Source of the DNA: an uncultured Candidatus Entotheonella sp.
Lineage (GTDB): Bacteria > Tectomicrobia > Entotheonellia > Entotheonellales > Entotheonellaceae
NCBI GenBank assembly: GCA_965217185.1
Contig: OZ244252.1
Location: 736,001-800,000, forward strand
Length of the DNA stretch: 64,000 nucleotides
Direction of reading: 5' to 3'
The position numbers were made by a program, and so were the translations under genes. Positions 1-7,817 of this stretch are shown piece after piece. The number at the start of each line of letters is the position of its first letter. Within the stretch, counting starts at the first letter, position 1. The notes beneath the pieces are model-generated. The model saw only the letters and a list, made by a program, of their open reading frames with translations. It did no database searches and was not told where the DNA came from.

Positions 1-522
1 CACGGCTTGGTGCTTCTGGCTGTCGTCGGGTTGACGGTGTGGGGCTGCGGGTACACGCTCATTGGCTCGCCGTCTGGCGGGTTGGACAAGCGGGCTGCCG
101 CTGTGGCCGTGGAGCCGTTCACCAACGAAACGCGCGAGCCCCAGATAGAACATTACGCCACCGCGGCGCTGCGTCAGGCGCTGATGCAGGGGAGGGGGTT
201 TGTGCTGACCCCGGCGACCGCGGCGCCGACGCGGGTACAGGGCCGTGTTCGCCAGTTTCGTACCACGGCGCTGTCGTATGGCCCGAACGACAACGTGCTG
301 GAGTATCGTCTCGAAGCCGACATACGCGTTTCTGTGCTGAGCGGGAAAGAAACGCAGCCGCTGCTGCAGCATGACATCCCGGCGCGGGCCGAGTATTTGG
401 TGTCGCGCACCAGCGACGTGCGCGAGGCGGCCGTCGCGCGCGAGGCCGCCCTGGCCCTGCTGGCGCGGCAATTCGCCGATCGCTGCACTGCTTGGCTGAC
501 CATCGCCCTATTGGAAGAGTGA
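1..522 (+). CDS. lptE: LPS assembly lipoprotein LptE (probably 5'-truncated by the window edge)
   Basis: Lipobox-like LTVWGCGY, followed by FTNETREP and LEYRL motifs. Sits directly upstream of holA, the conserved lptE-holA order. The frame is open from base 1. Confidence 0.75.
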   Translation, partial: HGLVLLAVVGLTVWGCGYTLIGSPSGGLDKRAAAVAVEPFTNETREPQIEHYATAALRQALMQGRGFVLTPATAAPTRVQGRVRQFRTTALSYGPNDNVLEYRLEADIRVSVLSGKETQPLLQHDIPARAEYLVSRTSDVREAAVAREAALALLARQFADRCTAWLTIALLEE

Positions 523-526
523 CCGC

Positions 527-1531
527 ATGCCGCGTCTTGCCATCGCCGAGCTCTGGCGTCGATTGGACCAAAGCACCATCGATCCGTTCTACCTCTTCTT
601 TGGCCAGGAAGCCTACCTCGTCCGCGAGTACACCGAGGCCCTGACAGCCCGCATTCTCGGCACCGCGCCGCGCGATTTCAATTACGACCGCTATGCCATG
701 GCGGACCGCGACAGCCTCGCGGAAGCGCTCGGAACGGCCCGCACGTTGCCCGTCATGACGATGCATCGCGTGGTGGTGATGCAGGACTTACAGGAGTTGC
801 GCAAAGCCGATTGGAAGTTGTTGGAAGGCTATGTGACGTCGCCTTCCGAGAGCACGGCGTTGATCGCCGGCAGCCGGGACAGCGAGCCGAAGAAATTCCC
901 AGACTTCGTGTGGAAGCACGCGGCGGCGGTGGCCTGCGCGCCACTGGACGGCGGCAACCTGCGCGGCTGGGTGGCCAAGGCGGTGACGGCGGCGGGTTAC
1001 AGCATTACCGACGAGGCGATTCGCGGCCTGCTGCAAGACCATGATCCCGACTTGCGGATTCTGGAGCGCGAGATCGAGAAGCTGTGTACGTACGTGGGCG
1101 AGCCGGGGGAGGTGAGACTGGAGGACGTGCAGGCGGTAGGACAGGCGTCGCGGCAGCATTCCCTCTTTGCGCTGTCCGACGCGCTTGGCGGCCGCCAAGC
1201 GGGGCCGGCGTTGTTGGAAGTCGACCACCTGCTCAATCAGGGCGAGCCGCCGCTCGTCATCATGAGTATGATCGTGCGGCACTTCCGCCTGTTGTGGACC
1301 ATCAAGCAACTCGTCGGCCAGAGTCAGGACCGTTACCGCATCGCCAAGACGCTGCGCTTGCCGCCCAACGTGTGCCGCACTCTGATGGCGCAGAGCGGAT
1401 CCTTTTCTGCCGAGCGGCTGCAGGAATTGTACGGGGCTGCTTTGGAGGCGGATTTGACGTTCAAAAGCACGAACAAACCCCCGCGGGCCATTCTGGAGGG
1501 GTTGGTTCTCCAGCTATGCGGGGGGGTTTAA
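527..1531 (+). CDS. holA: DNA polymerase III subunit delta
   Basis: YLFFGQEAYL N-terminal motif, DFNYD and EIEKLCTY. Convergent with rpsT. Confidence 0.9.
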   Translation: MPRLAIAELWRRLDQSTIDPFYLFFGQEAYLVREYTEALTARILGTAPRDFNYDRYAMADRDSLAEALGTARTLPVMTMHRVVVMQDLQELRKADWKLLEGYVTSPSESTALIAGSRDSEPKKFPDFVWKHAAAVACAPLDGGNLRGWVAKAVTAAGYSITDEAIRGLLQDHDPDLRILEREIEKLCTYVGEPGEVRLEDVQAVGQASRQHSLFALSDALGGRQAGPALLEVDHLLNQGEPPLVIMSMIVRHFRLLWTIKQLVGQSQDRYRIAKTLRLPPNVCRTLMAQSGSFSAERLQELYGAALEADLTFKSTNKPPRAILEGLVLQLCGGV

Positions 1532-1806
1532 GCGGACTGACTGGCGAGCGCCGCCACCTTGCGGGTGAGGCGGGAAATGCGCCGGGAAGCCAGGTTCCTG
1601 TGGATAATGCCCTTGGTGGTGGCTTTGCCCAAGGCGCGAACCGCAAGGGGAAGCTCGGCTTGAGCGGTGGGAACGTCTTTGCGTGCGACAGCCGATGTGA
1701 CGCGCCGGATGGTGGTACGAAGGGCCGAGCGCAGCGTGGTGTTACGCTCATTTCGCTTCTTGTTCTGGCGGTTGCGTTTCACTGTTGAGGGATGACGATT
1801 TGCCAT
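1528..1806 (-). CDS. rpsT: 30S ribosomal protein S20
   Basis: MANRHPSTVKRNRQNKKRNERN...KGIIHRNLASRRISRL. Confidence 0.97.
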   Translation of the reverse strand: MANRHPSTVKRNRQNKKRNERNTTLRSALRTTIRRVTSAVARKDVPTAQAELPLAVRALGKATTKGIIHRNLASRRISRLTRKVAALASQSA

Positions 1807-1834
1807 AAATAAGGTCTCCTTTTGGTGAACAGGC

Positions 1835-1864
1835 AGTATAGCAAGGGGGTCACAAACGTGTCAA
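1835..1864 (-). promoter_or_regulatory. sigma70-type promoter of rpsT
   Basis: Minus strand TTGACA (1864-1859), 18-nt spacer, TATACT (1840-1835), with an extended -10 TG. Confidence 0.7.
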
Positions 1865-1919
1865 CGAACGGGGAAGGGGATAAATCATGGCGCGGCGCAG
1901 GGCGGGAGTGAACGGATAG

Positions 1920-3905
1920 ATGCCTGACCACAGCTACTTTGCGAACCTGATCTGGCAGATTGCCGACCTGCTGCGCGGCCCTTACCGACCGCCGCAGTAC
2001 GAGCGCGTCATGCTGCCCATGACGGTGCTGCGCCGGTTCGACTGCGTGCTTGCCCCGTCGAAGGCCGAGGTGCTGGCCGAATACGAGAGACGCCGCGGCA
2101 GGCTCGAAGGCGAGGCTTTGGACCTGCGGTTGAACCGGGCTGCTGGACAGCGCTTTCATAACCGCTCCCCTCTCGACTTCGGGAAACTCAAAGGGGATCC
2201 GGACAATATCGAAATGAACTTGGTCAGCTACATCCATGGGTTCTCGAAGAACGTGCGCGACATCTTCGAGTTTTTCGAGTTCGAGAACGAAATCGAACGG
2301 ATGAGCGAGGCGAACATTCTCTACCTCGTCGTTTCCAAATTCGCCGGCGTCGATCTGCACCCGGATACGGTGCCGAACGAGCAAATGGGGCTCATCTTCG
2401 AGAACCTGATCCGCCGCTTCAACGAATTGGCCAACGAGACGGCCGGCGACCACTTCACGCCGCGCGACGTCATCCGGTTGATGGTGAGCATCCTGTTCAT
2501 TGAAGACGACCAACTGCTGGCTACGCCCGGCGCCGTCCGCAAGCTGCTCGACCCGGCCTGCGGCACCGGCGGCATGCTGGCGGAAGCGCAGAACTATCTG
2601 CGCGAGCACCACGGGGCGGCAAAGCTCTTCGTCTACGGGCAGGACTACAATCCGCGCGCCTTCGCCACCGCCGCCTCCGACATGCTCATGAAGCAGGTCG
2701 ACCACAACGGCAGTGGCGCGAACGTCCGGCACGGCGACAGCTTGACCGAGGACCGGTTCGCGGGGGAAACTTTCGATTACTTCCTCACCAATCCGCCCTT
2801 CGGCGTGGACTGGAAGAGGCAGCAGAAAGAGATTAGGCAGGAGCACGATCAACGCGCCTTCGATGGCCGCTTCGGCGCCGGGCTGCCGCGCGTGAACGAC
2901 GGTTCGCTGCTCTTTCTGCAGCACATGTGGGACAAGCGCGAACCGGTGCAGCCGGCGGAACACAAGCACGGCTCCCGGCTCGCTATCGTCTTCAGCGGCT
3001 CGCCGCTCTTCACCGGCGGCGCCGGCTCGGGCGAGAGCAACATCCGCAAGTGGATCATCGAGAACGACTGGCTAGAGGCCGTCATCGCGCTGCCGGAGCA
3101 GATGTTCTACAACACCGGCATCGGCACCTACGTCTGGATTGTCACCAACCGCAAGGAGGGCCGCCGCAAAGGCAGGGTTCAACTCCTCGACGCGCGCGAC
3201 GCGTGGACCCCGGGCGGCAGCGAGGACAACAAACGCAGCCTGGGTGACAAGCGTCGGCACCTGGCGGCGGCGCAAATCAAGGAGATTGTGCGCCTCTACG
3301 GCCGCTTCGAGGACAATGACTGCTCGAAGCGCTTCGACAACGCCGACTTCGGCTACACCCGCGTCACCGTGGAGCGGCCCCTGCGCCTACGCTACCAGAT
3401 GACCATAGAGGACAAGGCCCGCTTTCTCGACGCCTGCCCGCACCTACTCGACGACGTGCAGCCCATCGACAATGCGTTGGGACGGGAACCGATGCGCGAC
3501 TGGAACGCCGCATGGGAGAACATTACCGATCTCCTGCATAAGCGACAGTCGCGCTGGAAGAAGGCGGAGCAAAAACTCTTCCGGGATGTCTTCACCGAGA
3601 AGGATCCGCAGGCCGAGCCGGTTAGGAGGGAGGGTCGGGAGAACGGCTACGAGTCTGACACCGAACTGCGCGACTTCGAGAACGTGCCACTTAAGGACGA
3701 CATCGACGCCCATTTCGAGCGCGAGGTGCGCCCCCATGTCTTCGACGCCTGGATGGACCGCGACAAGGACAAAGGCGGCTACGAGATCAACTTCAGCCGT
3801 CACTTCTACAAGTACGCGCCACCACGGCCGTTGGAAGAGATCGACACAGACCTGAAGAAGGCGGAGGAGAAGATCATGCAGTTAGTGCGGGAGGTGACGG
3901 CGTGA
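1920..3905 (+). CDS. hsdM: Type I restriction-modification methyltransferase subunit M
   Basis: ANLIWQIADLLRG, GDHFTPRDVI, SAM motif DPACGTGGML, catalytic NPPF, and FYNTGIGTY. Confidence 0.95.
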   Translation: MPDHSYFANLIWQIADLLRGPYRPPQYERVMLPMTVLRRFDCVLAPSKAEVLAEYERRRGRLEGEALDLRLNRAAGQRFHNRSPLDFGKLKGDPDNIEMNLVSYIHGFSKNVRDIFEFFEFENEIERMSEANILYLVVSKFAGVDLHPDTVPNEQMGLIFENLIRRFNELANETAGDHFTPRDVIRLMVSILFIEDDQLLATPGAVRKLLDPACGTGGMLAEAQNYLREHHGAAKLFVYGQDYNPRAFATAASDMLMKQVDHNGSGANVRHGDSLTEDRFAGETFDYFLTNPPFGVDWKRQQKEIRQEHDQRAFDGRFGAGLPRVNDGSLLFLQHMWDKREPVQPAEHKHGSRLAIVFSGSPLFTGGAGSGESNIRKWIIENDWLEAVIALPEQMFYNTGIGTYVWIVTNRKEGRRKGRVQLLDARDAWTPGGSEDNKRSLGDKRRHLAAAQIKEIVRLYGRFEDNDCSKRFDNADFGYTRVTVERPLRLRYQMTIEDKARFLDACPHLLDDVQPIDNALGREPMRDWNAAWENITDLLHKRQSRWKKAEQKLFRDVFTEKDPQAEPVRREGRENGYESDTELRDFENVPLKDDIDAHFEREVRPHVFDAWMDRDKDKGGYEINFSRHFYKYAPPRPLEEIDTDLKKAEEKIMQLVREVTA

Positions 3906-5499
3906 TGTGGCCGCGGGCGAAGCTGAAATTTGTCGCACGTCTAGGCTATGGCGACGCACTGCCAAGTGATGAGCCACTGGAGGGTGCCTTTCGTGTGTTT
4001 GGCTCCAACGGACCGTTTGCTTCTCTTTCAAGAGCCAACACAAGAAAGCCGGCGATCATCATCGGGCGAAAAGGCTCTTATGGCAAGGTCAACTGGACGG
4101 CGGAACCGTGCTTCGCTTCTGACACGACCTTCTTTGTGGATGAGTCGACTAGCCGGAACCATTTGCGCTGGGTCTACTGGCTCCTTCAAACTTTGCGGCT
4201 TGATGAAGGGACGGACGAAGCAGCAGTTCCGGGCCTCAATCGCGAAACGGCCTACAACAGAGAGGTACTTGTCCCAACACTCTCCGAGCAGTGCGCTATC
4301 GCTAACTACCTCGACCGCGAGACGGCGCGGCTAGATACATTGGTAACGGCAAAAGAACACCTCCTCGATCTGATCGCCGAGAAACGTCGGGCGCTCATCA
4401 CCCGTGCCGTTACCCGCGGCGTCGGTGCTATGGGATGGCAATCCCTACAAACGCATCCTGACCCGGCGGCTAGAGGCAATGAACGTGGAATTGAAGAAGG
4501 CGGAGGAGAAGATCATGCAGTTAGTGCGGGACGGCGTGATGTGGCCGCGGGCGAAGCTGAAAGAAAGCCGGCGATCATCATCGGGCGAAAAGGCTCTTAT
4601 GGCAAGGTCAACTGGACGGCGGAACCGTGCTTCGCTTCTGACACGACCTTCTTTGTGGATGAGTCGACTAGCCGGAACCATTTGCGCTGGGTCTACTGGC
4701 TCCTTCAAACTTTGCGGCTTGATGAAGGGACGGACGAAGCAGCAGTTCCGGGCCTCAATCGCGAAACGGCCTACAACAGAGAGGTACTTGTCCCAACACT
4801 CTCCGAGCAGTGCGCTATCGCTAACTACCTCGACCGCGAGACGGCGCGGCTAGATACATTGGTAACGGCAAAAGAACACCTCCTCGATCTGATCGCCGAG
4901 AAACGTCGGGCGCTCATCACCCGTGCCGTTACCCGCGGCGTCGGTGCTATGGGATGGCAATCCCTACAAACGCATCCTGACCCGGCGGCTAGAGGCAATG
5001 AACGTGGAATTGAAGAAGGCGGAGGAGAAGATCATGCAGTTAGTGCGGGAGGTGACGGCGTGATGTGGCCGCGGGCGAAGCTGAAATTTGTCGCACGTCT
5101 AGGCTATGGCGACGCACTGCCAAGTGATGAGCCACTGGAGGGTGCCTTTCGTGTGTTTGGCTCCAACGGACCGTTTGCTTCTCTTTCAAGAGCCAACACA
5201 AGAAAGCCGGCGATCATCATCGGGCGAAAAGGCTCTTATGGCAAGGTCAACTGGACGGCGGAACCGTGCTTCGCTTCTGACACGACCTTCTTTGTGGATG
5301 AGTCGACTAGCCGGAACCATTTGCGCTGGGTCTACTGGCTCCTTCAAACTTTGCGGCTTGATGAAGGGACGGACGAAGCAGCAGTTCCGGGCCTCAATCG
5401 CGAAACGGCCTACAACAGAGAGGTACTTGTCCCAACACTCTCCGAGCAGTGCGCTATCGCTAACTACCTCGACCGCGAGACGGCGCGGCTAGATACATT
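3853..5499 (+). repeat. Tandem direct repeat: units 3853-4491 (639 bp), 4492-5010 (519 bp) and 5011-5499 (partial)
   Basis: Each unit starts TGAAGAAGGCGGAGGAGAAGATCATGCAG. Unit 2 lacks 5 nt + 115 nt relative to units 1 and 3. The rest appears identical on reading. Confidence 0.95.
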
Positions 5500-5602
5500 A
5501 TCTTCAATGACCGAGGAGACTATCGCACTCCTCAAGGAACGCCGCGCCGCAGTGATCGCGGCGGCGGTAACTGGCCGGATCGACATGAAGGAAAAGGAAT
5601 GA
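3902..5602 (+). CDS. hsdS: Type I R-M specificity subunit S, atypical: three copies of the same TRD
   Basis: IGRKGSYG TRD motif, PTLSEQCAIANYLDRETARLDTL conserved region, C-terminal LKERRAAVIAAAVTG. GTGA overlap with the hsdM stop. Confidence 0.85.
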   Translation: MMWPRAKLKFVARLGYGDALPSDEPLEGAFRVFGSNGPFASLSRANTRKPAIIIGRKGSYGKVNWTAEPCFASDTTFFVDESTSRNHLRWVYWLLQTLRLDEGTDEAAVPGLNRETAYNREVLVPTLSEQCAIANYLDRETARLDTLVTAKEHLLDLIAEKRRALITRAVTRGVGAMGWQSLQTHPDPAARGNERGIEEGGGEDHAVSAGRRDVAAGEAERKPAIIIGRKGSYGKVNWTAEPCFASDTTFFVDESTSRNHLRWVYWLLQTLRLDEGTDEAAVPGLNRETAYNREVLVPTLSEQCAIANYLDRETARLDTLVTAKEHLLDLIAEKRRALITRAVTRGVGAMGWQSLQTHPDPAARGNERGIEEGGGEDHAVSAGGDGVMWPRAKLKFVARLGYGDALPSDEPLEGAFRVFGSNGPFASLSRANTRKPAIIIGRKGSYGKVNWTAEPCFASDTTFFVDESTSRNHLRWVYWLLQTLRLDEGTDEAAVPGLNRETAYNREVLVPTLSEQCAIANYLDRETARLDTLSSMTEETIALLKERRAAVIAAAVTGRIDMKEKE

Positions 5603-6852
5603 GAGTTACGGCCCTAAAACTTGCCAACCTCCGCACGATTGAGGCCTCTGAGTTTCGATTCGGATCGAAATTCAATCTGATTGTTGGCGTGAACGGCGTT
5701 GGCAAGACGTCCGTGCTGAACGCGCTGGGCGTGTGCCTCTCGGCGTACATGAAGCAGGCGAACCAGATGCGCCGACAGACTGAAGCCTTCACTCTTGATG
5801 ACATCCGAATTGGCGCTGATGCGTTGAGCGTCGAATGCGATGCGTTGATCGGCCCTACGACGTATCGCTACTTGATCCACAAGCCGCGCGAGACGAGTGT
5901 CCCGCAGAAGAAGGCAGGCATGCCGCGTGAGCAGGTCCACGATACGCCCGAGAGAGCGTCGTTCCTGGGGGACCTCCCGCCGTTGGCTACGGGTGGCGAA
6001 CCGGGCGGACGGCCGCTCGCGGTAATGTTCTCCACCAACCGGGCCGTCCCGTCGGAGCGGACGCCAGGCAAGGGCATGGCTGCCGGTGGCACGACGGCGG
6101 CTTTTGCGGATGCGTTTGCCAGTCGGGAGTTGCGGCTTGGCGAATTCGCGCATTGGATGCGGGCACAGGAGACCCTGCGATCGGAACGTGCTGACGCGGC
6201 TAAGGCGCTGGAGGGGTTCGAGGCCGCGGTGTACCGGTTTCTCCCGGAATACCGGAATCTGCGAGTGGACAACAATGAGGGACGGCCGCAACTGTTGATT
6301 GACCGCGGCGACAGCACCGTGACCGTGCGGCAAATGTCGGATGGCGAACGCGGCACGCTGGCTCTGGTATTCGATCTGACACGCCGTCTCGTGCAAGCCA
6401 ACCCGGAGATGAGCAATCCTGTTGATGAAGCCGAAGCTGTGGTGCTGATCGACGAAATCGACCTGCACCTGCACCCCACGTGGCAGCGGCAGATCGTCCG
6501 CAAACTTACGACCACCTTCCCGCGCTGCCAGTTCATCGCTACGACCCATTCGCCGCAGATCATCGGTGAGGTTGAGCACGACCGTATCCATATCATGGCC
6601 AACGGCGAGGTCTACTCGCCCACCCACTCGTTCGGGGTGGATGCGAGTCGGGTACTCGAAGAGGTCATGGAGGTGGATCCGCGCACCGAGGAAGTACAGG
6701 ATTTGCTCACGGCGGTGTCCAACGACATCGGCAAGCAGCGTTACGATGCTGCCCGAGAATTGCTGGCCCAACTTGTCGCCCTGCTCGGCGAGAACGATCC
6801 CGAAGTCACTCGGACAGCGATACTTCTCGACTTCTTGGAGGGTGAGGAGTGA
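5599..6852 (+). CDS. ABC-type (AAA_21) ATPase, PtuA/Septu-like
   Basis: Walker A GVNGVGKT, signature MSDGER, Walker B/D-loop VVLIDEIDLHLHPTWQR, H-loop IATTHSP. ATGA overlap with hsdS. Confidence 0.85.
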   Translation: MRVTALKLANLRTIEASEFRFGSKFNLIVGVNGVGKTSVLNALGVCLSAYMKQANQMRRQTEAFTLDDIRIGADALSVECDALIGPTTYRYLIHKPRETSVPQKKAGMPREQVHDTPERASFLGDLPPLATGGEPGGRPLAVMFSTNRAVPSERTPGKGMAAGGTTAAFADAFASRELRLGEFAHWMRAQETLRSERADAAKALEGFEAAVYRFLPEYRNLRVDNNEGRPQLLIDRGDSTVTVRQMSDGERGTLALVFDLTRRLVQANPEMSNPVDEAEAVVLIDEIDLHLHPTWQRQIVRKLTTTFPRCQFIATTHSPQIIGEVEHDRIHIMANGEVYSPTHSFGVDASRVLEEVMEVDPRTEEVQDLLTAVSNDIGKQRYDAARELLAQLVALLGENDPEVTRTAILLDFLEGEE

Positions 6853-7502
6853 GGGTAATTACGAAGAGTCCCGAACCGCTCAGCCTGACAAGACATCGCG
6901 CGGCGGCGCACAGCGACTTCGGCAACTACACGGCCAAGGACGATCTGCGGCAGGCGCTCGTGACCGAGCAGCGCGGGCTGTGCTGCTACTGCATGGGCCG
7001 TATTCGCCCCGAACCCGCGTCCATGAAGATTGAGCACTGGCGATGCCAAGCCCATTATCTCGACGAGCAACTCAACTACCGCAACCTTCTCGGCGTCTGC
7101 CTCGGCGGCGATGGGCAGCCGACTCGACGCCAGCACTGCGATACGAGAAAGGGGGACCGGGACCTTCGGTGGAACCCCGCCGATCCGTTGCATCGCATCG
7201 AGACCCGCGTTCGTTACGAACCTAATGGCTCGATCCGAGCGACGGACGATGCGGATTTCGATGCCCAGCTCGAAACCGTCTTAAATCTCAATCTCCCTGT
7301 CCTGAAGAGCAATCGGAGGAGCGTTCTCGATGCCGTTCTCGGCTGGTGGAGGCATGAGAAAGCTCGAATTCGCGGCCCCGTACCGCGTAGCCGCTTCATT
7401 CAAAAGCGAGCCGCGTATGTTCGGGACAACGGACAACTCCAGCCGTACTGCCAGGTTGCCGTGTGGTGGCTGGAGCAACGGCTGGCGAACATGGCAGCAT
7501 GA
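6849..7502 (+). CDS. HNH endonuclease, PtuB/TIGR02646-like
   Basis: EQRGLCCYCMGRI...KIEHW...LNYRNLLGVC...HCDTRKG and LNLN. GTGA overlap with the ATPase gene. Confidence 0.85.
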   Translation: MRVITKSPEPLSLTRHRAAAHSDFGNYTAKDDLRQALVTEQRGLCCYCMGRIRPEPASMKIEHWRCQAHYLDEQLNYRNLLGVCLGGDGQPTRRQHCDTRKGDRDLRWNPADPLHRIETRVRYEPNGSIRATDDADFDAQLETVLNLNLPVLKSNRRSVLDAVLGWWRHEKARIRGPVPRSRFIQKRAAYVRDNGQLQPYCQVAVWWLEQRLANMAA

Positions 7503-7543
7503 GTGAATTACGCAGTCGCAGTTGCTTTGCCGAGAAAGGAGGC

Positions 7544-7792
7544 ATGATGCGTATCGTCAACATGTGCGAAGCCAAGGCGCATCTCTCGCGTCTCGTCCGA
7601 GCGGCGGCCAATGGCGAACCGTTCATCATTGCGCGGGCGGGTAAGCCGGTGGTCAAGGTCGTGTCAGTGGAAGCCTCAGGGTTCGGAGTGACGCGCCGAA
7701 CCGGATTTCTGGCCGGCAAAATCTCCGTGCCGAAGGACTTTGACCGCATGGCTTCCGCCGAAATCACAGCCTTGTTCGGGACGGACGAATGA
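7544..7792 (+). CDS. Phd/YefM-family antitoxin (orphan)
   Basis: [48 protein letters not shown]...[10 protein letters not shown]. Confidence 0.85.
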   Translation: MMRIVNMCEAKAHLSRLVRAAANGEPFIIARAGKPVVKVVSVEASGFGVTRRTGFLAGKISVPKDFDRMASAEITALFGTDE

Positions 7793-7817
7793 GCTTCCTT
7801 TGCGGGGAGATTCAAGG

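Noticed and set aside
3853..5499. CRISPR array or invertible hsdS shufflon
   Set aside because: The repeats are long, direct and coding, with no spacers. I saw no inverted repeats or recombinase gene.
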